This document shows, piece after piece, positions 1 to 7,868 of a DNA stretch of 15,186 nucleotides; position 1 is the first letter of the stretch, and every line of letters starts with the position of its first letter. A model generated the notes under the pieces. The model was not told the origin of the DNA. It searched no databases and was given only the letters and a program-made list of their open reading frames with translations. This stretch comes from Arcobacter sp. (lineage in GTDB: Bacteria; Campylobacterota; Campylobacteria; Campylobacterales; Arcobacteraceae): assembly GCA_965662175.1 (NCBI GenBank), contig CBFIGT010000004.1, positions 1 to 15,186 on the forward strand, in the 5' to 3' direction. A program made the position numbers and the translations under genes.

Positions 1-303
1 TTTTAAATTAGTTTCACTCTCTTTTGAACTTAAAATTTTATATCCTAAAAAAAGTAAATAAACCCCACCTAAATATTTAACAATAATAAAAAAATCTCCA
101 AGAATAGAGGCAATTGCACTTAATCCAAAAATTGCCAACAAAAGGAAAATAATATCACCAAGTACAATTCCTAATACTACAAAAGAGGCATTAGCAAATC
201 CAGAAGCTAAAGCCCTAGAAATAGTTGCAAAAACACCAGGTCCAGGAGTTATTGCTAATAAAAACATAGCTCCAGCAAATGCTAATAGTGAGTACCAAGT
301 CAT
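1..303 (-). CDS. LysE/RhtB family amino-acid exporter (5' part; runs off the window edge)
   Basis: Not in the ORF track. Manual translation from ATG at 303-301 is open to base 1: MTWYSLLAFAGAMFLLAITPGPGVFATISRALASGFANASFVVLGIVLGDIIFLLLAIFGLSAIASILGDFFIIVKYLGGVYLLFLGYKIL... It has the TPGP and KYLGGVYL LysE motifs and an upstream AAAGG RBS. Confidence 0.93.
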   Translation of the reverse strand, partial: MTWYSLLAFAGAMFLLAITPGPGVFATISRALASGFANASFVVLGIVLGDIIFLLLAIFGLSAIASILGDFFIIVKYLGGVYLLFLGYKILSSKESETNLK

Positions 304-328
304 TATTTTACCTTTTTAATTTTTTTAT

Positions 329-377
329 ATTATATTTACTTTTTCATTAATAGTTTTTATGGGCTTTAATATATAAT
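329..377. promoter_or_regulatory. Back-to-back divergent sigma70 -10 boxes for the two LysE genes
   Basis: TATAAT on the minus strand (ATTATA 329-334) and TATAAT on the plus strand (372-377), each about 20-25 nt upstream of its start codon. The AT-rich background lowers specificity. Confidence 0.5.
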
Positions 378-396
378 CTTCTTTTGAAGGATTATT

Positions 397-1023
397 TTGG
401 ATTTTATAAATTTAACACTTTTATCTTTGTTTATACCTACTTTTTTTATTGTTTCTTTAACTCCTGGAATGTGTATGACTTTGGCTTTAAGTATGGGAAT
501 GAGTATTGGACTTAAAAAAACATTTTATATGATGTTTGGAGAGTTAGTAGGAGTAGGATTAGTTGCAAGCTCATCTGTAATTGGAGTAGCTACTATTATG
601 CTTAAATACCCTATGATTTTTTTAGTTTTAAAATATGGTGGTGGAGCATATTTAGTATATTTAGGTATTCAAATGTTTTTATCTCGTGGTAAAATGGCTC
701 TTAATTTAGATAGTTGTAGTTTTAATATTTCAAAAAAATCTTTAGTTCTTCAAGGCTTTATAACAGCAATTGCAAATCCAAAGGGATGGGCATTTTTTAT
801 AGCTTTATTGCCACCTTTTATAGATAAAAACTTAGCAATTACATCTCAGCTTGTGGTTTTGATATTTTTTATTTTACTTTTAGAGTTTATATGTTTGATT
901 ATTTATGCAACAGGAGGTAAAACTTTACGAAAACTATTACAAAATAGTTCAAATGTAAAACTAATAAATAGAGTTGCTGGGTTTATGATGATGGGTATTG
1001 GAGTTTGGCTAGCTATATCTTAA
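397..1023 (+). CDS. LysE/RhtB family amino-acid exporter
   Basis: 208 aa hydrophobic protein with SLTPGM, LKYGGGAYLVYLG and GFITAIANPKG motifs; TTG start with GAAGGA RBS. Confidence 0.93.
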   Translation: MDFINLTLLSLFIPTFFIVSLTPGMCMTLALSMGMSIGLKKTFYMMFGELVGVGLVASSSVIGVATIMLKYPMIFLVLKYGGGAYLVYLGIQMFLSRGKMALNLDSCSFNISKKSLVLQGFITAIANPKGWAFFIALLPPFIDKNLAITSQLVVLIFFILLLEFICLIIYATGGKTLRKLLQNSSNVKLINRVAGFMMMGIGVWLAIS

Positions 1024-1050
1024 AAAAAGGAGATTTTATCTCCTCTTTTT
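1022..1050. terminator. Bidirectional intrinsic terminator between convergent lysE and aapP
   Basis: AGGAGAT(1028-1034)-TTT-ATCTCCT(1038-1044), flanked by an A tract on the left and a T tract on the right. Confidence 0.75.
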
Positions 1051-1795
1051 AGTGGTCTAAAATTTGTTCTAAAAACTGTTTTAATCTATCAGATTGTGGA
1101 TTATCAAAAAATTCATCTGGAGTATTCTCCTCAACAATTTGACCTGCATCCATAAAAATAACTCTATCAGCTACTTTTTTTGCAAATCCCATTTCATGAG
1201 TTACACAAACCATAGTAATACCATCTTCAGCTAGCTCTGTCATAACATCAAGAACTTCACCAATCATTTCAGGGTCAAGTGCTGCTGTTGGTTCATCAAA
1301 TAACATAATATCAGGGTTTGAACATAAACATCTAGCAATAGCAACACGTTGTTGTTGTCCACCACTTAATTGGTTTGGAAATTTATCAGCTTGATCTGCA
1401 ATTTTTACTCTTTCTAAATAATGCATAGCCGTGGCAATTGCTTCTTTTCTAGGTTTTTTTCCAACCCAAGTAGGTGCTAATACTAAGTTTTCTAGAATTG
1501 AAAGGTGTGGAAAAAGATTAAAGTGTTGAAAAACCATACCAACATGAGTTCTAACCTCTCTAATTCTTTTTACATCTTCTGTTAATTCTAAGCCTTTAAC
1601 AATAATTTGCCCCTCTTGAAAAGGCTCTAATCTATTTATACATCTAATAGTAGTAGATTTTCCTGAACCTGAGGGTCCACAAATTACAACTCTTTCACCT
1701 TTTTTTACTTTTAAGTTTACATCTTTTAGTACATGAAAATCTCCGTACCACTTGTTAACTTTATTCATTTCTATCATATATTCTAATTCACTCAT
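1049..1795 (-). CDS. aapP: General L-amino-acid ABC transporter ATP-binding protein
   Basis: Walker [30 protein letters not shown] signature, MLFDEPT Walker B, VTHEMGF; last gene of the aap operon. Confidence 0.95.
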   Translation of the reverse strand: MSELEYMIEMNKVNKWYGDFHVLKDVNLKVKKGERVVICGPSGSGKSTTIRCINRLEPFQEGQIIVKGLELTEDVKRIREVRTHVGMVFQHFNLFPHLSILENLVLAPTWVGKKPRKEAIATAMHYLERVKIADQADKFPNQLSGGQQQRVAIARCLCSNPDIMLFDEPTAALDPEMIGEVLDVMTELAEDGITMVCVTHEMGFAKKVADRVIFMDAGQIVEENTPDEFFDNPQSDRLKQFLEQILDH

Positions 1796-1815
1796 AATTT
1801 TTCCTATTTAATCTA

Positions 1816-2895
1816 CTATTTGTGATCTGTATTAAATCGATCTTCAATTGATTTAGCATATTTAGACATACTAAAACAAATTACCCAATAAATCATTGTA
1901 ACAAAAACATAACCCTCTGTTTCAAATCCTAACCAATTTGCATCAGTGGTTGTTAGTGTAACCATCGCAAGAACATCAAATAATCCAATAATCAAGATAA
2001 GCGTTGTATCTTTAAATAATGAAATAAAAGAACCAACAATATTTGGTATTGATATTTTAAGTGCTTGTGGTAAGATAATTAATCCCATAGTTTGCCAATA
2101 TGATAAAGCCATTGAATCAGCTGCTTCATATTGTCCTTTTGGAATTGCTTGTAAACCACCACGAATTACCTCTGCAATATATGCAGCTTGGAAAAGTGTA
2201 ATACCAATTAATGCTCTTAATAATTTATCAAAATCCATTCCCTCAGGGAAGAACAAAGGAAGAATAACTGATGACATAAATAGTAATGTAATTAAAGGAA
2301 CACCTCTAATAAACTCAATATACATAACAGAAATCGTTCTAATAATTGGCATATCAGATTGTCGTCCAAGTGCAAATAAAATACCTATTGGAAAAGATGC
2401 AATAATACCAACAGAAGCTACAACAATAGTAAGTAAAAGTCCACCCCATTTAGTTGTAGGTACTTCTTCTAAACCAAATCCCCCATATAATAGGATAAAT
2501 GATAATATAGGGAATGAAATTACAATAAATGCTCTTATTTTAGTGTTATTAATTTTTTTAAATCCAATAACATAGGCAATAAAAATAGCTAATATTAAAT
2601 TTGGTCTCCAGTATTGGTCTTCTGGATAAAATCCATAAACAAATTGATTGAATTTTTCATAAATAAAAATCCATCTTGCACCATCTTTTGTTATTTCATC
2701 TTTTGTCCCACTCCAAGTTGCATCAAATATCATCCAATCTAAAAGAGGAGGAACTGTAAAATATAATAAGGCAAAAGATAAAAGTGTAAGTATTGTACTT
2801 TTTATATCAAAAAATAGATTCTCTTTTAACCAATGAACTGGTCCTTTTATTCCTGCAGGAGCTGGTCTTGTTTCTAGTTTTTCATAAGTTGCCAT
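1816..2895 (-). CDS. aapM: General L-amino-acid ABC transporter permease
   Basis: 359 aa; YIEFIRGVPLI and AAYIAEVIRGGLQAIPKGQYEAA (EAA loop); start overlaps the aapQ stop (TAATG). Confidence 0.93.
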   Translation of the reverse strand: MATYEKLETRPAPAGIKGPVHWLKENLFFDIKSTILTLLSFALLYFTVPPLLDWMIFDATWSGTKDEITKDGARWIFIYEKFNQFVYGFYPEDQYWRPNLILAIFIAYVIGFKKINNTKIRAFIVISFPILSFILLYGGFGLEEVPTTKWGGLLLTIVVASVGIIASFPIGILFALGRQSDMPIIRTISVMYIEFIRGVPLITLLFMSSVILPLFFPEGMDFDKLLRALIGITLFQAAYIAEVIRGGLQAIPKGQYEAADSMALSYWQTMGLIILPQALKISIPNIVGSFISLFKDTTLILIIGLFDVLAMVTLTTTDANWLGFETEGYVFVTMIYWVICFSMSKYAKSIEDRFNTDHK

Positions 2896-4079
2896 TATCT
2901 CTCCTTTATTTGCATTTTTGAATTTATATAATTCATAAAAATGGAAATTACTATACTAATTGTTAAATAAACGGCCATTGTCATCATAATAATCTCAATC
3001 GCTTGACCTACTTGATTTAAAGAGGTTCCTGAGAAAACTGTTACTAGCTCTGGGTAACCAATTGCAGTTGCAAGTGATGAGTTTTTTACTAGATTTAGAT
3101 ATTGATTAATTACAGGAGGAATAATAACTCTAAGTGCTTGAGGAAGTACAACTTTTTTTAAAATTACGCTATCTTTTAATCCTAAAGCATGAGCCGCTTC
3201 TTTTTGTCCTTTGGGAACAGCTTCAATACCAGCACGAACAGCTTCAGCTATATATGTAGCTGTATAAATACTAAGTGCGAAAGCTAGAGCTAGAAGTTCT
3301 GGAATTAATGTCCAACCACCTGAAAAGTTAAAACCTCTTAATGTAGCAAACTCTAAGCTAGCTGGCATTCCACTTAAGAAAAATACTAAAGTAGGAGCAG
3401 CTATCAAAATAGCTAATGATGTTAAAAATAAAGGAAACTCTTCTCCTGTTTCATCATGTCTTTTCTTTGACCATTTTGATAAATAAATAACAGAAGCTAT
3501 TGCAATAATAAATGCAATAATAACAGCTGTAAATCCACTCTCTAAAATAGGTCTTGGAATATAAAGACCACGATTATTAAAGAAAATAGAGTCTAAATAA
3601 GATAAAGATTGTCTAGGTCCTGGAAGTGAGGCTAATACAACATTGTACCAAAATAGAATTTGTAGTAATATTGGAATATTTCTAAATGTTTCCACATAAA
3701 TCATAGATAGTTTTGAAACCATATAGTTTTTTGATAATCGTCCTATACCAACTAATAAACCAATAATAGTCGCAAAAAATATTCCAATTGCAGAGACTAA
3801 AAGTGTATTTAGAAGTCCTACAAAAAATACTTTTCCATGAGAATCTGCTTCATCATAAGCTATAAGTGATTGTAAAATACCAAATCCAGCTTCACTACTT
3901 AAAAAATCAAATCCTGTATTAATCCCACGTTTTTCGATATTTATAAACATATTGTTAATAACAAAATATGTAAATAAGAAGATACCAGCAAGAGCTAATA
4001 TTTGATATATAATGGCTCTATTTTTTGGATTATTATAAAAGGCCACATTACTTTCGGACTTTTTTTTATATTTGTTCAT
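2895..4079 (-). CDS. aapQ: General L-amino-acid ABC transporter permease
   Basis: 394 aa; GFDFL..AGF, YVETFRNIPILLQILFWY, AEAVRAGIEAVPKGQKEAA and NSSLATAIGYPEL, typical of AapQ/BztB. Confidence 0.93.
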   Translation of the reverse strand: MNKYKKKSESNVAFYNNPKNRAIIYQILALAGIFLFTYFVINNMFINIEKRGINTGFDFLSSEAGFGILQSLIAYDEADSHGKVFFVGLLNTLLVSAIGIFFATIIGLLVGIGRLSKNYMVSKLSMIYVETFRNIPILLQILFWYNVVLASLPGPRQSLSYLDSIFFNNRGLYIPRPILESGFTAVIIAFIIAIASVIYLSKWSKKRHDETGEEFPLFLTSLAILIAAPTLVFFLSGMPASLEFATLRGFNFSGGWTLIPELLALAFALSIYTATYIAEAVRAGIEAVPKGQKEAAHALGLKDSVILKKVVLPQALRVIIPPVINQYLNLVKNSSLATAIGYPELVTVFSGTSLNQVGQAIEIIMMTMAVYLTISIVISIFMNYINSKMQIKER

Positions 4080-4096
4080 TTTTTTTACCTTGTCAC

Positions 4097-4126
4097 AAAA
4101 AAAAGGGGAAGATTTCTTCCCCTTTT
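4097..4126 (-). terminator. Intra-operon stem-loop/terminator between aapJ and aapQ
   Basis: AAAAGGGGAAG(4101-4111)-ATTT-CTTCCCCTTTT(4116-4126); on the minus strand the GC core is followed by a T8 tract (4104-4097). Confidence 0.8.
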
Positions 4127-4163
4127 GTGTTTAATAATATTTGTAAATTTTAATTATAGAATA

Positions 4164-5180
4164 TTATCTAATTGGTGCACCATATTGTAATCCACCATCT
4201 TTCCATAGTGCATTTTGCCCTCTAGAAATTCCAAGTGGAGAATCTTTACCAATATTTCTCTCAAATGTTTCTTCATAATTACCAACTTGTTTGATAATAT
4301 TATATGCCCATTTAGCATCTAATCCTAAGTTTTTACCAATATCACCTGAAACTCCAAGTAATCTTTGGATATTTGGATTTGCTGAGTTTAACATTTCATC
4401 AACATTTGATGAATTTACACCTAACTCTTCAGCATTTAACATTGCAATATGAGTCCATTTTACTATACTAAACCATTTGTCATCACCTTGTCTAACCACT
4501 GGTCCTAAAGGCTCTTTAGAGATAATTTCAGGTAATACAATAGCTGAACTTGGGTCTTTTAATTGTGTTCTTAAAGCGTATAATTGAGATGCATCTGATG
4601 TAACAGCATCACATCTTCCTGCTTGAAAACCTTCAATTGTTTGAGCTGATGTATCATAAGTAACAGGCTTGTAATCCATTTTATTAGCTTTGAAGTAATC
4701 AGTTAAGTTAAGCTCAGTTGTAGTTCCAGCTTGGATACAAAAAGTTGCACCATTTAACTCTTTAGCTGATTTTACACCTAAGTTTTTAGAAACTAAAAAA
4801 CCTTGACCATCATAATAGTTAACACCAATAAAGTTTAAACCTAATGATGTATCTCTTGTAGCTGTCCATGTAGTATTTCTAGCTAATACATCAATTTCAC
4901 CACTTTGAAGTGCTGTAAATCTCTCTTTAGCATTTAAGTGTGCATATTTAACTTTTGAAGCATCACCTAAAACAGCAGCAGCAACAGCTCTACAAAAATC
5001 AACATCAATACCTTTCCAAACACCTTTTGAATCAGGTGATGCAAATCCTGCAAGTCCTGTATTTAATCCACAACTTAAAACACCATTTTTTATAGTTGTT
5101 TCTAATGTATCAGCTGATGATACAGTTGAAGCAATTGTAAGTGCAGCTATACTTAAAGATAGGTTCTTTAATAATTTCAT
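4164..5180 (-). CDS. aapJ: General L-amino-acid ABC transporter periplasmic binding protein
   Basis: Sec signal peptide; GIDVDFCRAVAAAVLGD, ERFTALQSGEIDVLARNTTWT, EIISKEPLGPVVRQGD and C-terminal GGLQYGAPIR, typical of AapJ/BztA. Confidence 0.95.
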   Translation of the reverse strand: MKLLKNLSLSIAALTIASTVSSADTLETTIKNGVLSCGLNTGLAGFASPDSKGVWKGIDVDFCRAVAAAVLGDASKVKYAHLNAKERFTALQSGEIDVLARNTTWTATRDTSLGLNFIGVNYYDGQGFLVSKNLGVKSAKELNGATFCIQAGTTTELNLTDYFKANKMDYKPVTYDTSAQTIEGFQAGRCDAVTSDASQLYALRTQLKDPSSAIVLPEIISKEPLGPVVRQGDDKWFSIVKWTHIAMLNAEELGVNSSNVDEMLNSANPNIQRLLGVSGDIGKNLGLDAKWAYNIIKQVGNYEETFERNIGKDSPLGISRGQNALWKDGGLQYGAPIR

Positions 5181-5293
5181 TTTTAATTCCTTTTTAATAG
5201 TAATTTATCTAGAAAATATTCTATTTAAAAAGGGTAGCAAAAAAATAGCATTAGCTGTATATTTTTTAACCAGTTTAATAATAAAAAATATAA

Positions 5294-6025
5294 TTAGTCA
5301 AACCATTTTAGTTCTTCTCTTAGCTCAACAACCTTACCAACTATTATAATTGCAGGTGATTCTAAGCCTTTAGATTTTTCAACTATTGTTTCTAAAGTTC
5401 CTGTTACTACTTTTTGCTCAGGTGTTGTTCCTTTTGAGATAACAGCACAAGGGTAGTTTTTATCTTTCCCTAAGCCCATTAATTTTGATGTAATTAATCC
5501 AATATTATGTAATCCCATTAAAAACACTATGGTTTCATCATTTAAAAAAGTTTGCCACTCAATTTGAGAAATCTTTTTATTTGGTGTTTCGTGAGCTGTT
5601 ACTACTCTAAAAGATGTTGTAATTCCCCTATGAGTTACAGGAATTCCAGCATAACATGGAACAGCAACTGAAGAGCTAATTCCTGGAATAATTTCAAACT
5701 TTATTCCTCTTTGGTGCAAATAAATAGCCTCTTCACCACCACGACCAAAAACAAAGGGGTCACCACCTTTTAATCTAAGTACATTTTTATATTTTAATGC
5801 AGATTGATAAAGTATTTCATTTATTTCATCTTGTGGTACTGTATGTCTTTTATTCTCTTTTCCAACATATTTTAATATAACATTCTCATTTGCATATTTT
5901 AAAATCTCTTTATTAACTAATCTATCATATATAATAATATCAGCATTTTTTATTGCGTTAACAGCTTTTAATGTAAGAAGTTCAGGGTCACCTGGACCTG
6001 CACCTGTTAAATATACTTTATTCAT
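5294..6025 (-). CDS. cobA: Uroporphyrinogen-III C-methyltransferase (SUMT)
   Basis: VYLTGAGPGDPELLT, RLKGGDPFVFGRGGEE, PGISS and AGIPVTHRG motifs; stand-alone, 243 aa. Confidence 0.95.
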   Translation of the reverse strand: MNKVYLTGAGPGDPELLTLKAVNAIKNADIIIYDRLVNKEILKYANENVILKYVGKENKRHTVPQDEINEILYQSALKYKNVLRLKGGDPFVFGRGGEEAIYLHQRGIKFEIIPGISSSVAVPCYAGIPVTHRGITTSFRVVTAHETPNKKISQIEWQTFLNDETIVFLMGLHNIGLITSKLMGLGKDKNYPCAVISKGTTPEQKVVTGTLETIVEKSKGLESPAIIIVGKVVELREELKWFD

Positions 6026-6045
6026 AATTTACCTTTTGTGGAAGA

Positions 6046-6051
6046 ATTATA
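6046..6051 (-). promoter_or_regulatory. Putative -10 box for cobA
   Basis: TATAAT on the minus strand 20 nt upstream of the ATG, followed by an AAAGG RBS. Confidence 0.45.
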
Positions 6052-6109
6052 TCTTTATATAGATTGTTTATTTATGATTTGTTGGTTATTTTTTAAACAA
6101 AGAGCTTAA

Positions 6110-7111
6110 TTAGCCCTTTGCTTTACATGAGTTTGTAAGTTTATCTAACTCTTTTTTGAGTTCTTGAAGTTTTTTTGTAGAGTTCATTAAATCTTCAGTT
6201 GATTGAATAATCATATCTTCACTTTTATTTAAAGTGTTATTTATATCTTTTGAGTTTTCTAATTCATCTAAAATTTTATCAAACTCTTCTGTTATCTCTT
6301 CTAGTTTTAAACTAGCATTTTTTGAGTGCTCCATTGCAACAGCTGATTCGCTAACAGCTAAATTAACTTTGTTAATAAAGCAGTTAAAAGTATCTGTTAC
6401 CTCTATTATCTCTTTTTCATTTGCATCTATTTGAATAGTTTGAAGCTCTTTATTCTCCTCTTCTGCTATTTTTTTAGAAAACTCTAAAAATTTATTAGCA
6501 TTCTCTTCAATATGTTTTAACTGACTAAAACTATAAAAAATCAATGAAATAATAAATATAGCAGCTAGATATTGAAAGTTTTTTATTAAATCTGTTTTGC
6601 CCTCTGTATATAATGTATATCTAGTAACTAAATTATCAACTTCAAAAAGTAAATCATTATTTGTATTGTAAATTGTTTCTACAATTGATAAAAGTTGCTT
6701 TTTACTTTGCAAATCATCTTTTATATGGAGTTTTTTAAATTCATTTATATTATTGTTAAAATCTTTCCATAAGATTTCAACTTTATAAAGTTGCTGTCCA
6801 ATATAATCATTTGGAACAGGTGTAATTCCTGTTAATTTATTTCCATTTTTAAGTGAATTAAGATTTTGAATAAACTCTTCAACTGCACTATTTAATTCAG
6901 AAAAATTAGATTTTCCACTATGATAAAGATAAAAAATAGATTTTGACATCTTTTGTGTAAGCATTCTCTCTTTACCTGCAATATTAATAATAAGAGCATC
7001 TTTTTTATTTTTATCATTTAAATAAACAGTGATAAATAAAACAGTTGTCATTAAAAAAATAAATAATGCACCTAAAGTTTTTATTTTTGTACTAATTTTA
7101 TTTGTTCTCAA
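6110..7111 (-). CDS. Membrane sensor with PilJ/NarX-like periplasmic domain, HAMP-like linker and short coiled-coil tail; no kinase or MCP signalling domain
   Basis: TM1 (LGALFIFLMTTVLFITVYL), P-box-like DALIINIAGKERMLTQKM, TM2 (FQYLAAIFIISLIFYSF), HAMP-like EIIEVTDTFNCFINKV, then a heptad-rich tail. The TTG start overlaps the upstream TGA stop. Confidence 0.85.
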   Translation of the reverse strand: MRTNKISTKIKTLGALFIFLMTTVLFITVYLNDKNKKDALIINIAGKERMLTQKMSKSIFYLYHSGKSNFSELNSAVEEFIQNLNSLKNGNKLTGITPVPNDYIGQQLYKVEILWKDFNNNINEFKKLHIKDDLQSKKQLLSIVETIYNTNNDLLFEVDNLVTRYTLYTEGKTDLIKNFQYLAAIFIISLIFYSFSQLKHIEENANKFLEFSKKIAEEENKELQTIQIDANEKEIIEVTDTFNCFINKVNLAVSESAVAMEHSKNASLKLEEITEEFDKILDELENSKDINNTLNKSEDMIIQSTEDLMNSTKKLQELKKELDKLTNSCKAKG

Positions 7112-7773
7112 ACTCCAACTCCTTTAAATGTTGACTCTAATTCATCTCTATTTTCTATTGTTACTTCACCTTTTTCTACAGAAATTGAGCCATTTCTTGT
7201 AAGTCTTTTTAAAACTCTTGAAAGGGTTTCAGGTTGAATATGTAACATAAAAGAGACCTCTTGTCTTTTAAGTTTATTAAACATTTCTAAATCATTAAAA
7301 ATCATAAAAGCTACTTTAGCAGTTGCATCAAAAACCAATTCCCTATTTACAATAAATTGTAATTGGTGGGTTTTTTCTAAAAGTGTATCAATTAGTTTTT
7401 GAGATAAGATGTTTTTTGATAAAAATAGTTCTTGAAATTTATGAAAATCTACAGCTAAGACTATTGAGTCTTCCACAAATTCAGCGTTAGAGAAACAGTA
7501 TATCTCTTTTTTATTTATGGATGATAACTCAGAAATCATAGAGTTTTTATAAATGTGGTACAAAAATATTTCATTTTCAAATTTATCAATTTTATAAATC
7601 TTAATTAAACCATCAACTAAAAAAAGAATTGTATCTTTTATCTCATCTTCATAAAATAGAATAGAACTCTTTGGATAAGTTTTAATATTAGAGATATTAG
7701 CTAGTTCATCAAGCTGAGAAGAGTTAAGCTCTTCAAAAAAGTCAAGTTGAGAAATAACTTTTAATTTGTCCAC
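7108..7773 (-). CDS. Crp/Fnr family transcriptional regulator (NssR/DNR-like, no Fe-S Cys cluster)
   Basis: cNMP-binding-type N-domain (FFEEL...ILFYEDE...LVDGLIKIYK) and HTH with QPETLSRVLK; GTG start with AAGGA RBS. Confidence 0.93.
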   Translation of the reverse strand: MDKLKVISQLDFFEELNSSQLDELANISNIKTYPKSSILFYEDEIKDTILFLVDGLIKIYKIDKFENEIFLYHIYKNSMISELSSINKKEIYCFSNAEFVEDSIVLAVDFHKFQELFLSKNILSQKLIDTLLEKTHQLQFIVNRELVFDATAKVAFMIFNDLEMFNKLKRQEVSFMLHIQPETLSRVLKRLTRNGSISVEKGEVTIENRDELESTFKGVGV

Positions 7774-7868
7774 AAATATCCTTATATCTTTTTATTTAAG
7801 GAATTTTATAATAAGCTACTAAAATTTTATATTAAAGTAAAAAAAGATTTACTTTTTAAGGTGAAAAT

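Noticed and set aside
1946..2575. 209 aa plus-strand ORF antisense to aapM
   Set aside because: It lies in the antisense frame that shares third codon positions, where stops require Tyr/His/Gln codons in aapM; these are sparse in a membrane protein. It has no recognisable motif, so I treat it as a shadow ORF.
4002..4190. 62 aa plus-strand ORF across the aapQ/aapJ junction
   Set aside because: Overlaps both genes antisense and runs through the terminator hairpin; no motif.
6234..6434. 66 aa plus-strand ORF
   Set aside because: Antisense shadow of the receptor coiled coil; its Ser/Phe-rich composition mirrors Glu/Lys codons.
7774..7868. Moco riboswitch upstream of moaA
   Set aside because: The region is short, nearly all A/T and lacks the multi-stem structure required.
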